Made by a program: the position numbers and the translations under genes. 64,000 nucleotides of DNA from Seison nebaliae (lineage: Eukaryota). The notes beneath the pieces are model-generated. The model did not search any database and was not told the DNA's origin. It saw nothing but the letters and a program-made list of their open reading frames with translations. Below, piece after piece: positions 11,955 through 25,113 of the stretch. The stretch spans positions 1 to 64,000 of the forward strand of contig JALJEE010001281.1 of NCBI GenBank assembly GCA_023231475.1. The letters are read 5' to 3'. The first letter of the stretch is position 1, and every line of letters begins with the position of its first letter.

Positions 11955-12659
11955 CTATCGGCTTTCTTCTTCCAATCCTCTCAATAATATCAGACATATA
12001 CATATGTTGATATAAGGAATAAAATTGGCACTTCCATTCTTCTTCGCTTTCAACTGTTCATTCCTCATTCGTCGAATGAGGAAAAGACGATTTTGTTCTT
12101 TTTGTTTCTGATCGACGAATGATTTGCACGTATTCTTTTCGCTCCGTCGCCCAATCTGTTCACACGGAAAATGTTTCTTAATGAATTTCTCATAATTGTC
12201 CATTTGATAAGTGTCGTCGCAATTCTCGATAAATTTCCGACGGAATTTGATGCACTCATCATAAATTCCATCGACTTTCCTCACAATCTCCTTTTTTTCC
12301 ACTTTCATTTTCTTCTCTATCTTTTTCTCTTTCGTTCTCTTCGATGTTCGATTATTTGGAATATAAATATCATCATAGACGTTAATACATTGAGCGGGTC
12401 GTATACTCACCAGAAAATGTTGTAATGACGTTTTGATGGTGATGATGGCTGATTTGTAATGGATCGAATGACGACACTCCCTCAATCGTTTATTAACACA
12501 ATAAACATACGCTCTCGTCTTATCACAAAAAAGTTCATTGAATTCCTGATGTAATCCGTTCGTTGTTTTATCGAAATTCGGTTTTGATGGACATTTAGTT
12601 ATTCGATAAATGTCACACGACTCCGTCATCATCACAAGAAACAGATAAATTATTTTCAT
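11955..12659 (-). CDS. Secreted or GPI-anchored protein with an RGM N-terminal (repulsive guidance molecule-like) domain, about 234 aa
   Basis: Signal-peptide-like MKIIYLFLVMMTES, then CDIYRITKC...FCDKTRAYVYCVNKRLRECRHSIHYKSAIITIKTSLQHFL..C, which matches the RGM_N Cys pattern (FCxALRxYxxCxxRxxRxCRGxLxYHSAV). Hydrophobic C-terminal segment. Confidence 0.65.
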   Translation of the reverse strand: MKIIYLFLVMMTESCDIYRITKCPSKPNFDKTTNGLHQEFNELFCDKTRAYVYCVNKRLRECRHSIHYKSAIITIKTSLQHFLVSIRPAQCINVYDDIYIPNNRTSKRTKEKKIEKKMKVEKKEIVRKVDGIYDECIKFRRKFIENCDDTYQMDNYEKFIKKHFPCEQIGRRSEKNTCKSFVDQKQKEQNRLFLIRRMRNEQLKAKKNGSANFIPYINICICLILLRGLEEESR

Positions 12660-13262
12660 TTTACAATTACTATTCTCCCATCTCACAATTGGACTGGTGT
12701 GAAGAATGATATTGATCTTAAGATTATCTCTAAATCATCTAATTGATGTGGATTGCTGATGAGATTTCTTGTTTACTCAATTCCATCAACTTTCCCTTTA
12801 CAATTTGTTGGTTGAAATTTCATGATTTTTTATCGTTTCTCTTTCATGCTGTCCACTAAATATTACTACATCTCTATTTATTACATTTATGAATTGCATG
12901 AATAAACATATTTGAATAATTTTATTTGAATGATATTCTCAAAATTTTTCTTTCTCCATTTTGAAAGAGGAATAAATGAAGAATGAAATAAATTTACTCT
13001 TCATTTGGAAGAATTGAAATTCGAGCTAAAATTTTAGACGAATAAATTGAAGAAGATAAATAAAGAGAGAATAATTTATACATTAAAAGGAATGGGAAGA
13101 GATTGATTGTTTCTTGCGTGGACGAAGATTTTATACTCGTCGTTTTAATAACGAAAGGAAGAGAGGACAAGTTGAATGTTGAAGGAACGGCATTCTGCGA
13201 ATTTATTTTAATAAATTAATTTTCATTTTTTTCTTTAGAAATTTCATTTCTTTAGTGACAAC

Positions 13263-15797
13263 ATGAAATCAAATGAAGAGAAAGAGAAGAATAATGAAGA
13301 TCGATTAAAACAATTCTTCGTTGAATTAGATCAGTATACTCAATCCGATAATTGGGATAAAGGAATTAAAGTTTGTAATAAAATTCTCAATGTAGCACCG
13401 AACGATATAATTGGAGTGCATTCGATGATTGTTTGTCTCATGGAAAATCAGAAATGGAAAGATGCTTTATCTTTCCTTAATCTCCGTCGTCAATTGTTCG
13501 ATGGATCTCAATATTATTATATTCATTTTAACGAATCATATTGTCATTATCGATTGGAATCATATGAGAAGTCATTGGAATCACTTGAGGAGTTGGAGAG
13601 GAAGAAATTGGAATTGTTCATCTCGACGAAACCGGAACAACAATCGGAAGAATATGATCAGAAATTGTCGATATTGAAATCGAAGAAAAATTCGATTTTC
13701 GACAAAAACGAAAAAGAATTATTGGCACAAGTCTATTATCGTTTGGGACGATATGAGGATAGTTTGGAAATCTACAAATCACTTCTATCTCTCAATCAGA
13801 ATGATGATTATGGAATTGAACGATATACCAATTATTTGGCTGTTCAATGTCAGAATGAATTGAAGAAATCAGCAAATGAATTAGAATCAGGAAAACATTT
13901 AATTAATTCACATGAACAAATGGAAGAGAAAGAGAATGAGAAGAAAAGAGTTTTGAATGAAATTAAATCGAATTATAAGAAATATCCTGTCAATCATGAT
14001 CTCCTCTTTAATCTGGCCACTTGTTGTTTGTCGTTGGAGAATTTGGAGAAATCGAAGAAATTCTTAAAAGAAGCGAAAGAAGAATGTCTCATATTCATGA
14101 AAGAACAATATGATGAAGATGACGAAGAATTCGGTGAGGAATTGAAGAAGGAAATGTTCTCGATTGATCTCCAATTGAATTATATTGAACAATTTGAAAT
14201 GAAATCGATTACTGATCGAAAACAATATCAGGAGAAGAAGAAACAATTAATTGGGAATTATAAAAGTTTATTAGAAATGAAACAAAAAGATTCCACATTC
14301 AATTCCATCATTTCCAACAATATTATGACGTTGAATAAAGATCAATCAGTGTTCGATTCAAAGAAAAGATTGAGAACTGCTCTCCTCCCTTCAAAAAAAT
14401 TTGGTTCATTCCACAAATATCATATCGGGAGGAATGAGTTGATCTTTCATTTGATCAATTCGAAAAATGAAGATTTCACTAAAATCATCCAATCATTCCA
14501 TCAAAAATATCAATCAAATACTTTCGTTGTTTTCGCTCATTATTTCATCGCTAAACGTGATGGGACTGATATTGAACAAATGGAGAAATCATTTCAAAAA
14601 AATATCGATCGAGTTTAGTTGAAAATTTGAAATTATTTTTAAATTTTTAAATTTAATTTTCAGATCATCAACAATGGATCGATATCGAAGAATGAGGATA
14701 TTATGAGAATTCTACTCTTCCTCATCGAATATCAATCGAATCTTCAACGATTCATTAACACGAAATCGAAGGACTGGTTATCAGTCACATACGAGAAGAT
14801 AATGAATTTGTTGAAAAACAATTCCTATTCCACTAATCTATTGGGAATTGTTCGTAATTTTTTTTTATCTCAATCAAAATTTTATCGGTCATCGTTCCAT
14901 TAAAATAGATATCGAGTATTCTCGAGTTATGTGAAGGAGTGAACGAAATCGATTTCTGCGTTGAATTGTGTCGTAAAATCAAAGAGAAATTTTCGTCATC
15001 AATCGAATTTGGTGATTTTGTTGAATGGAAGTTATCAAAATATTATATGATGTTAAATAAGAATAATGAGGCGGTGAATTCATTGAAATATTTATTGAGG
15101 TTCTTTTTCTCATTTATATTTTGTAAGATTTTTTTTTTGAAGTAAAAATGAGAATAATGTTCATATAATAGCGGGATTGATCGATGCATTATGGCGTGGC
15201 GGTCACATGGACGAAGTGGAAGAATTATCATTGAAGATTCCTTCGGAACATGACGTGATTATGACAGATGATCAAGACGGAATGAGTGCACAAGAAATTG
15301 ACGAACAATTTACTATAACTATCTTAAGAAGACAACAAATGGCAGACGCAGCAGCTGCAGTAAAAGCAGCTCAAGAAAAGAAGAAAGAGATGGAAAAACA
15401 ACATCGTGAAGATGAGGAACGTTTGAGTCGGAAACGTGAAAGAAATAAATTACGACGGAAACGTCGAGTGAAAAAACCGAAAAATTTCCTTTCAATTCCA
15501 ATCGAACAATTAGATGCGGAACGATGGTTGCCGTTGAAGGAACGAAGTTATTTCCGAGGTAAACGACGTCGGAAGAACGATAAGAAACAAAGTCAATTGG
15601 CGAAAGGAACTCAAGGGACGACGAATTTGGCCTATGAAGATAATCTCAATTATCAAAGTGGTAGTCGTCTACCACAGAATGGGGGACAGAATGCGGGTGG
15701 TGAAACGATCGATATGGAATTAAAAACGGGAAGGAAGGCGGCAGGTAATCGTTATCAACGAGTGAAAGGAAGACGTGTACGTCGCGGTAAACGATAA
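13263..15797 (+). CDS. SRP72: Signal recognition particle subunit SRP72, about 793 aa, 4 exons
   Basis: N-terminal TPRs (FNESYCHYRL; ELLAQVYYRLGRYEDS; ERYTNYLAV) and a C-terminal RNA-binding motif RKRRVKKPKNF...LDAERWLPLKERSYFRG...GTQG. Introns 14613-14663, 14850-14908 and 15100-15142 restore the frame. Confidence 0.93.
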
Positions 15798-16046
15798 ATG
15801 TTGTGAGAAATGAATAAAAAATTTTGGTGGAAAATAATTTATTTATTTATTTCTTGTTTTCTCGTTATATATAATCATTTCTTTTTAATTGAAAGAATAA
15901 TATTCATATCTCTAAAATTATTATATGTTTTTTTTATTTCTTTTGAATTAGATTCTTTTTTTTTTTTTTTTAATTTTCCTCTTTGAATTTTTCATCACAG
16001 GAAATATCAATATCTCTTCCATATTTATGATTCAACTGATCGAAAT

Positions 16047-18733
16047 ATGAATGGGAAATCTACTTCAATCATCACAACACCATCATCCACTATACACTAC
16101 AATCATAATAACAGCAATAACAACAATAACAATTATAATATTAGTACAAAAAAAAATTCGATTAATCAGTTGACGAATTATCATCGAAATAAAAATTATT
16201 TACAACATCAACAAACATTACCATCAAATTTTGCTCCTTATTCCAATAACAACAACAATAACAATAATATTAATCGTCGATTAAATGGTAGAAAGAAATC
16301 GTATATGGTGAATGGTCGGAAACCAATAAATATGATATCGACACGAACATATGATAATTATTCGAATTATCGTAATGGAAATAATTATCGTTCGGATCGC
16401 AACGATCTTCATAACATCAATAGTGGAGAAAGTAATGATTCCGGTTTCTCTCAACGATATTCATCAATGAAACATCGACGTATTCCAACCAGGAACAATA
16501 ATAACAACAACAATATGGGAATGAGAAATCGAATTCCACAATATAATCAACATCAAAAGATGACGAGTGGAAATGGATCATCAATTCGACCAATTGATGA
16601 AAATAATGAGAAGAATACAATATTTTCTTCATCATCATCTGTCTCATCGTTACTGAGATTCTCTCCAGGAATTCAATTATCCAATGATAAAAAATATGGA
16701 AAGAAGACAGATATTGATTTTAATTCATTCATCTTCAAAGAATTCTCTCCATTAAACGATGAAATTCGAGGTTCATTTTTCATCTTCTTCTTTTCTCATT
16801 TCCTTCATTATATTTATTTCCAGATCGATTATACAACTTCGATTGGGAGAGAGATGTCGATTTCAATGAAAATTATTCTTCTTCATCCTCCACCAGATTA
16901 TCAGCCCAATCATTCGATGTTATCGAAGAACATTTGACGAACATGTTTCAGAAGAACATCATCAAATGTGTATCTGATTCTCCATCGTCGTCATCATCGC
17001 TCGTCACACCATCAACGTCAACATCATCATCATCTTTCTTTCAAATTTCCAGATTACCAGAAACATCCACCACCACATTCACATCACCGTTGGAGAATGT
17101 AGAAAAATTGGAAACGGAGAGTAATAATATGAATGAAAAGAATTTACAATTTGGGAATTATATTCATTCGATTTCCAACGATCAAACCAAATCCTTACAA
17201 AACCATCAACAGATTCATGAAAATTCTTCTAATTATCACAATGAACAATTACAACGATTATCTATATCAACACAGAATGAGACGAATATATCAAAATTGG
17301 ATTCATCCGAATTAATCAATGACAATAATCGATTGTTGACTATTCAATTATCATCAGAAGAAACTTCGACAACAACAACAACGACGATGACGACGACAAT
17401 TGACTTGAAAAGAGGAAATGAAAATGATTTTCAAGAGAATCATTCAAATTTGACTGATAAAGTGAAGAATAATTCGAATGACGATGAAAATGAGTTTCCA
17501 GTCAAAAAACCAGAAAATGATGACGATGATGATGAGGACGAATTTCAAGATGTATCAATGGATTTGTTACCAGTGCCGAATTGTTCAACATCTCTCCAAT
17601 TGGAGAATGATGAATCGAAAGATGATGTGGAAAAGAAATTATCATCAGATGATTGGAATGGATTTGGGGAGAGTAGAACAAGTTGTCATGAATCGATTAT
17701 ATTATTATCATCGAGAGATGATGATCATTTGATTGATGGAGGAAAAAAAATGAATCCATTCCACATGCTCCCCAAAGATAATTATTCACCGACGTCACTC
17801 TCATCATCTCCGATGGCACTGTCTCCTTCTTTCCATTCGACATCGTTACCAGACAGCGAGGAGCGGTTCTTTTCCGTTTCCGATCATTTTTCACCCGAGA
17901 CTGACGAAGTGTTGAGAAGGCCGAACAAGTCGGATAAGGAATATTTCGATGTATCTTTCCGAGAAGTTATCACCAGCAATTCAATCGATCAAAATGAAAT
18001 TAGGAATCATCTCAATTTATCTAATTCGATGAGTATATCTATTTCGTCCTCTCCATCCACTCACATCACCACTGCCATACTCGATAATGCAATAATTGTC
18101 TCCTCTTCTTCGCCTACTTCATCGACGACTCTCACTAATTGTAAGATGTTGGATCATGCCTCCTTCTCATGGATAACTGACGACGATATTGTCATTAATA
18201 TTGACAATAAAATTGCCAATAAGCACACTAATATTAGTAACATTTCCTTCTCTTCTGGTGCTGGTGGTGATGATGACGATAATAATATTTATGATCCAAC
18301 TCATCATAACATTACTTCAATTACATCCGATTACTCGAAACAATATAAAGAATTTTCTCCACTTTCTCCTCATTCGACTACTAACGACACAACCACAACT
18401 ACTCCTCCTCCTTCTCATCCTCTTCCTCCTTCTCATTTGAGTCATTTGAGTTCGAATAGAATTCCTCCTGTTTCTTCTTCTTCTTCTTTCGTCATGTCGA
18501 CACATATTAACCGGAATGTTTTACCGACAAATCAATTCCTCTCCTCTTCTCCCATAATTGCCACTGCAAACATGGTTGAAGGTGATGTTTGTGCAAATAA
18601 TAAAAATATTATGAATATTCATCATCCTGGCAACAGGCAAAACATCATTCATAATGAACCCGATTCTAATTATGACGACGATGACGACGAAGATGACGAA
18701 GTGTTTGAGTTGCAAACGGCATTCGTCAAATGA
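16047..18733 (+). CDS. Uncharacterised low-complexity (N/S/T/D-rich), probably disordered protein, about 877 aa, 2 exons
   Basis: ORFs at 16047 and 16934 join in frame through intron 16771-16823 (GTTCAT...TTCCAG), giving DEIRDRLYNFDWERDVDF. No recognised domain. Confidence 0.75.
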
Positions 18734-18873
18734 ATAATTCTTCTCGTATGACAACAACCGTTCTTTTCTTCACCAGTCATTCATTGGTGACGATGTTGGG
18801 TGGTGATGGCAGCGATGTGAGTTTTTGAAAAATATTATTCCGATATCTCAATTTGTTTACATGTGTATCATAT

Positions 18874-18926
18874 TGTGTGCATGTGTGTGCGTATGTGTGT
18901 GAATGTGTGTGTGTGTGTGTGTGTGT
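18874..18926. repeat. (TG)n microsatellite, interrupted
   Basis: tgtgtgcatgtgtgtgcgtatgtgtgtgaa followed by a pure TG run at 18904-18926. Confidence 0.9.
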
Positions 18927-21900
18927 AACGAGAGAAGAAACGGAGTAGTTGATTGAAGGAATATTGGTGTTTATTCTTTCCTAATATTTGCATTCTGCCA
19001 CTTCTTCCCATTTGTCTTTTGAATGATTCTTTCTCATAAATAATGATCCCATTCATATAAAATCTTCTCCATTCATATATCGATTAATATGTCGATCATC
19101 TTATTTGGGAGTGGAATTGTGTTTATATCAATTTACTGTTTTCTTTCCAATAATTCTTCCTCATCCATCATCATCATCATCATGATGGATCTGGCGAGCG
19201 ATGAAGCAAAATGCGAGAAAATTTTATTGATTTCTCTTCAAATTTTCATCGATAATATCGAATCGACCGATTTCATTGTGAATCTTTCATTTTTGTCATT
19301 CTTCTCAACTTCTTTTATTTTCATGAATCCTTTTTTTTTTGTTTTATACATATAATCTCTCCTTCTTATCCTTCATCGGAATTTTCCGTTTTCACTCTTT
19401 CATTCTTCACCCTCCCATCAATTTTATCTCAGATTTTACCTATTTAAACTTATTTCGTTGTCTATTTAACAATTATCTATTTGAATCTAATTTAAAGAAT
19501 GGTATTTTTTATTAAATAAATACAAATTATTGAATAATTTTCTCAATTCCCCCTTCGTTGGAAGGAATACCTTTTTATTTCATTTCTCTCATTTCTATTC
19601 TTCCAAAACAGATGGGATCATGTCTCAATAATCGCCCACTAATAATTTGACTTGTGAAAAATGGGACTCGAACAACATAACATAGAAGAGTAAAGTAAAA
19701 GAAAGACATTTCTAGCAGTTTTCACAAATTCACAACATCATCCTCAACATAGCAAATTTTTGGAGAATATTTTCATGCTAAGTCCCAAATATAAAAAGCA
19801 TTAGACTTATTCAAATACTGAGAAATTTTTTTTTGAATTTGAGTATTTCTCTATTAAAAAGAATGAGGGAGAACGACGTCGTTTATGTCATCAATCCATC
19901 AAAACATGAAAGAAAACTATTATGATAATTATACATATATATATTATATATTAATATTAGTCTTATTAATTAGTTTTTGACTTTTTGTGAGTTAAGTAGT
20001 TTGAATTGAATTTAGGAGCAGAAATGGTCAATTACTCGGTTTATGTTCAATTAAGTTGAGCTTAAAAATTTTTTTAAGTTATTTTACTTTCTCGCTTGAA
20101 AACTTAACCGATAGAATTTACAATAAATGATGGAATAAGAAAATGTATTAGGAAAGTTAAATTTTTAGTTATTTCAGTTAATGTAACGGTATGTTTATGG
20201 AATTTTCTTTATTTGTATTTGGAGGATTGATTTATTTTAAATGTTCTTCATCTCCTTCGTCGAATGAATGATAGGAGATTTATTCGTTAGTCGAGCTAAA
20301 TAATGTGCTTGAGTTGAGTGTGTGATGGACTGTTAGAGTAGGAGTAAGTTTATTGATAGAATATATGGATATCATATGGAAGAAAAGAAATATTCGATTT
20401 CGATCTATCAATCTTCATTCTTCTTCGACAATTCTCGATGTCCGATATACTCGATAGAGATAGATATGTGTGAGAAGCATGCCCAGCAAAATAACCATTC
20501 TATTATTGTACCACCAATCTAGTTCGAAGGTCGTCATGGCAGAAATGTTAATTCAATTGCTTTCATCTCCCATCTTATCAGCACCATAGAGTGACACCTA
20601 CAAACATACATGATGTTATGTTATCAAGTTGAGTTGATGTGAGTCTCATCGTGAAGAATTAGTGGATGTTTAAGTGAGCAATGGTCGACACATAATCTTC
20701 TATATTTATTGTGCCTGTTAACATTGGGAAATATGATAATAATGAAATTAATAGGAAATGGGCAATATTAGCCTCTCCATTGATTGGAGGACGAGGGAAA
20801 AATGAGAATGATAATTATTAGAAAAAATCTATTATTCTCTCACCATACAAGACATGGAGAAGATTGGACACGATTTATTGGAGATAAAGAACAAGTGAAA
20901 ATTAATTATGGGAAGGAAAGTATTAAGAATTTCACATAATTCACTCATATTACCAAATTCGATGTGAAATTAATAAGAAATAAAATTTTTTTAATATCGA
21001 ACCGTTTCTCCTTTTTTTGACGGAGAGGAAGAAGAAAAAGAAAACATCTTTCTTTCACATTTCCTCCCCAACAAATTTATCTGCATCCAATGTCATATTC
21101 ACCATTCATGCTAAAAGATGACACATATCAATATTGATATATATCGTCATTTAGGAAACGGTTTATCCATTGTCAATCCCAACTCATTCGAATTGGCACA
21201 ATTTCGATTCTTCCTTTCCCCTCCCAATCCGACAATTAATTCACAATCCTCAAATTCCAAATATCCATCACCCAAATGAGAAAAGATGTTTATAAATAAA
21301 TTATGGAAATCTTGTTCTTCTTCCCACAACTCTCCTCTGAGAAGAAGAATGAATTCGATCTTCTTCACGACCTTCACTTCTTGCATAAAAATAGGAAGCG
21401 GGCAGTTTGTATTAGCTAAGTTTGTTTTCCGTAAGTTCTGTTTAATGAGAAATATCAATTGATATTTGCAATAGAAGAATAAATTGGGAAGTTTCATTCT
21501 TTCATCTTCCATCTTCATATCCATCGACACTTCATACCAATTCTTCCTGTCAACAACTCCGCTCTACACATGTTTGATTGCTTTTCGATAATACGATAAA
21601 ATTTTATACAACACAACAAGATATGTTTCCATCTAAATCGTTCCTGAATTGTGTTAGTTCAGAAAATTATTCCAATTAACTTTCTTCTCCTCCTCTTCAT
21701 TTAAATTGATTAGGACAATGTTGATTCATCTGATTTTCCATGACTTTCTTTCCGTTACTGCCAACAAACAATTTATCGAACTATTTTCAATTCTCGTTTT
21801 TCACCAACCGAAACTTTTCTTCGGATTTGTCATTTCGATACATAAATTCTCTCACTGAACTTTACAGAATTTTCGTAATCATGATCATAATTTTTCAATT

Positions 21901-21982
21901 TATAGTAAATTTAATGTGTTTTCTTTTTTAACGACTATTAAATTCAATTGAATAGAAACTTATCAAACTATAATAATTTCTT

Positions 21983-22010
21983 ATGATGATGATGATGATG
22001 ATGATGATGA
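21983..22010. repeat. (ATG)n trinucleotide microsatellite
   Basis: About 9 perfect ATG units. Confidence 0.9.
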
Positions 22011-22345
22011 GAATGAGAATGAGACGAAGCCAAAGAACAAGAGTTAAATAACGGAGAGAATTTGTTCAATTAGATTGCATGATTTATTTTCTTATCAGGG
22101 GAATGTGTTCTCGTTCAATAACTTCTATAACATTCTTCTACATATGGACTATGATGTCCTTATAGGAATTAGGGAAATTCTTTTTATCGGTTTCCATAAA
22201 ATTTCAATTATTTTCTCCTTATAAAATTTTCTTTATATTTTTCGATGTTTGTTCTCAAATATCGAAAAGATGGATTTCATATGAATATCGATTCATTTAG
22301 ATATCGATCCAGATAAACAATTGAGTAAATCATTCGCTGGTATTG

Positions 22346-24127
22346 ATGTGGTACGTAGAGAGGCGAACTCTCATGTATCATACTACCATCAATCTACCGA
22401 TTCTCTTCTGTTGGCTGACGATGTTAGAAATGACAGATAACTTCATGAATAGTAAGAATTCTCGTAGACATTTCTCTTGTGTGCACATCCAACCACGCTT
22501 ACCAATTTGGATTCATCAACAATTTCGAATGGATTTCCATATCTGTCAATGTGAACGAATGAACGACAATCGAGAGAGTATCAACGTGAATTGTAGTGAA
22601 CAATCGATCGAGCGTTTCACTTTATCCAAATCATTCTTTGCAATAATCGTTAACGGAGAATTGAGATTGTTCCGTCACTCTAATATCAATTCCATCGATT
22701 TATCATCAACCAAATTGACTAGTTTACAACAATCGGCATTTAGTGTTACCATTTTTTACCATTTGTTCTCTATTCACTTTTCTCCATTTTTTCAGTACGG
22801 AGTAAATCTGCAGGAAATTATTGTGAAGAATACTTCACTGAAATTTGTCTCCAAATTGACATTTCAAAGATTATCGTTGAAATCATTGAAATTGACGAAC
22901 AACGTCCATTGGAAACGCATCTTCTCCACCACTTTCACTCATCTCAGTTATATGAGTTCGTTAGATTTGAGTGGGAACGGTCTAACATCTATTCCATCAA
23001 ATACGTTCGCACATTCGATGAATATTCGACATCTGACAATCGATAAGAATCCCATCGAACTCATATCATCGTCAGCATTTGCTCATTTAAGATTGATTGA
23101 GAATTTAAATTTGAATCACCTCAATCTATTGAGAAAAATGGAAAAAGATTCTTTCATTTCCTTGACTGATGTGAAATTTCTTCATATCGATTTTAGTGGG
23201 AAATTCTTCAAAAAAATCGAATCTTTCACATTTCGAGGATTGTCTAATGTTCGAACGATTACTTTGAGTTATGGATCGATTGAATGGATTGATTCATTCG
23301 CATTCGATAATTGTTTCGGACTTTATTTCATCCACATGAACAATCAGAAAATTGAACGAATCGAGTCAGATGCATTTCGTCTCGTACCACAATTGAAATA
23401 TGTTGATTTAAGAAATAATCAAATAAAAACGATTCGTTTACTTCAAATTTATCAATCTTTCATTTACACGTCTACTCTCAATAACATCACAATGCCATTA
23501 GTGCAGCCGTCATCGTCTTTCTATGAGATTGATGGGAGGAATGGCACGAGAATTATCATAAATTTAGAAGGAAATAATAATTTATCCATTTGCCAGACGG
23601 CGAGTGAAGCATGGACGAAACATTTCTTTTGTGAAGACAAATGTCAATTCGACAGTGAACGAAGAACATCGAAACAGAAACGAACAATTTCACCCATCAA
23701 CCACGAAGAGATAAAGAATTTATATCAATTTCATTCTCATAAACAACGACGTCAATATCGTCATGTGATAGATGAGAGATCGAGTCCACGTAACCAATTT
23801 GGGAAGGAACATAATAGACGAATGTATATTCTACTTCCTCATCGATGTCAGATGAGCGGAATTAATAAAATGATCAATTTCAATATGTCTCAACATTCTC
23901 GTCAACCGCCGAATGAGAAAGGAGAAGAACTAGAAAAATTTAATGATCACAATCCTCTCCAACGCTACAATTCGACACATGCAATCTTTCAATGTCGTTG
24001 CAAGAATTTCCGTCATCAAATCATCATTCCATTAGAGACATCATCAACTCATCATCATCATCATCATCGAATTATACTGATAAATTATTTCCTCATCTAT
24101 TTAGCAACGATATCGCTCACTCATTGA
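22346..24127 (+). CDS. Extracellular leucine-rich-repeat protein, about 576 aa, hydrophobic C-terminus (TM or GPI signal)
   Basis: LRRNT-like CQC...VNCS, repeated LxxLxLxxNxIxxIxxxAF units (SLDLSGNGLTSIPSNTF; YVDLRNNQIKTI), C-terminal IILINYFLIYLATISL. Probable in-frame intron at 22745-22795 (GTTACC...TTTCAG). Confidence 0.88.
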   Translation: MWYVERRTLMYHTTINLPILFCWLTMLEMTDNFMNSKNSRRHFSCVHIQPRLPIWIHQQFRMDFHICQCERMNDNRESINVNCSEQSIERFTLSKSFFAIIVNGELRLFRHSNINSIDLSSTKLTSLQQSAFSVTIFYHLFSIHFSPFFQYGVNLQEIIVKNTSLKFVSKLTFQRLSLKSLKLTNNVHWKRIFSTTFTHLSYMSSLDLSGNGLTSIPSNTFAHSMNIRHLTIDKNPIELISSSAFAHLRLIENLNLNHLNLLRKMEKDSFISLTDVKFLHIDFSGKFFKKIESFTFRGLSNVRTITLSYGSIEWIDSFAFDNCFGLYFIHMNNQKIERIESDAFRLVPQLKYVDLRNNQIKTIRLLQIYQSFIYTSTLNNITMPLVQPSSSFYEIDGRNGTRIIINLEGNNNLSICQTASEAWTKHFFCEDKCQFDSERRTSKQKRTISPINHEEIKNLYQFHSHKQRRQYRHVIDERSSPRNQFGKEHNRRMYILLPHRCQMSGINKMINFNMSQHSRQPPNEKGEELEKFNDHNPLQRYNSTHAIFQCRCKNFRHQIIIPLETSSTHHHHHHRIILINYFLIYLATISLTH

Positions 24128-24216
24128 CTCATCGCCTAGCAGATGGTATCGACGATTAATCAAAGAGAATGTTACGTCATTTACATTATTGTAACGGAAC
24201 ATTATCGTACTAACTC

Positions 24217-24232
24217 CGTTGTCATGGTAACG
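24217..24232. promoter_or_regulatory. RFX X-box motif CGTTGTCATGGTAACG
   Basis: Matches the X-box consensus GTNNYY-AT-RRNAAC. Lies about 0.9 kb upstream of the coiled-coil gene at 25114. Confidence 0.65.
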
Positions 24233-25113
24233 AATGATGTTGATGATAATGATGATGTTCGATGGTAATGACGATAAGGATAATGATTCTTGTTTGGCGA
24301 AACAATTCTCTTACTCTACTCTTTCTCCTTCATCGTTTCTTCCCATCGTTTACGAACAAATATATTAAACTGAACATTTCGGGAAATTTCTCGAACGAAA
24401 CGATATTTCCTCCACAATAATTATATTCGTTCCTAACAAGTTTCTCCATTCGAACATCTTCTCTCTAAGGTGAACATTTCATCTTTATCCTTCACACATC
24501 CAATCTAAAACTCTCCATTTTAATCAGTTGAAATGGAACGTCTCGTCTCAGCAAATTATCTTTTTTCTTCTTCTATTTTTTTTTTCGTTAAATTTTTATC
24601 CTTTTTAAAATTGTATAGTTTCTTTCATAAAATTTTCCTGTTCTCCTACTGATTATCTTCCACCTGGAAACGATGAAAACGAACGATAAAATAAATCGAA
24701 ATGATATTTATCGATATATATAATAAATTCTAAGTTATCGATATGAGAATAGATAAATGAGAATTTCATTTAATAAAACTTCCATGTGACAACTACAACC
24801 GTGACAGGAATTTACATCATCATCGTTGCGGAACGGACGAATCAGCCAACCTGTTTTCGACGACTGTTCCTCTTCATGTTGTCAAGTAATTTCTTATCTG
24901 TATTTCTGTTATTTCTAATAAATTTGATAAGAATAATTTAATAATTCGATTGTTAATAGAATATTGATTTAGTTGATGGGAAGAAGTGTGATAGATGAGA
25001 ATTGCTGATAATTATTTTAGATAAGAACGCCCGATTGCTATTCATTCATTTATATTCATCGTGTGCTTCTTATGAGAATCGATTGGATGGTTGGAGGAAA
25101 TTAGGAGAAGTAA

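Noticed and set aside
19662..19672. GGGACTCGAAC (reverse complement GTTCGAGTCCC), resembling a tRNA T-loop/B-box
   Set aside because: No T-stem complement, acceptor stem or cloverleaf around it.
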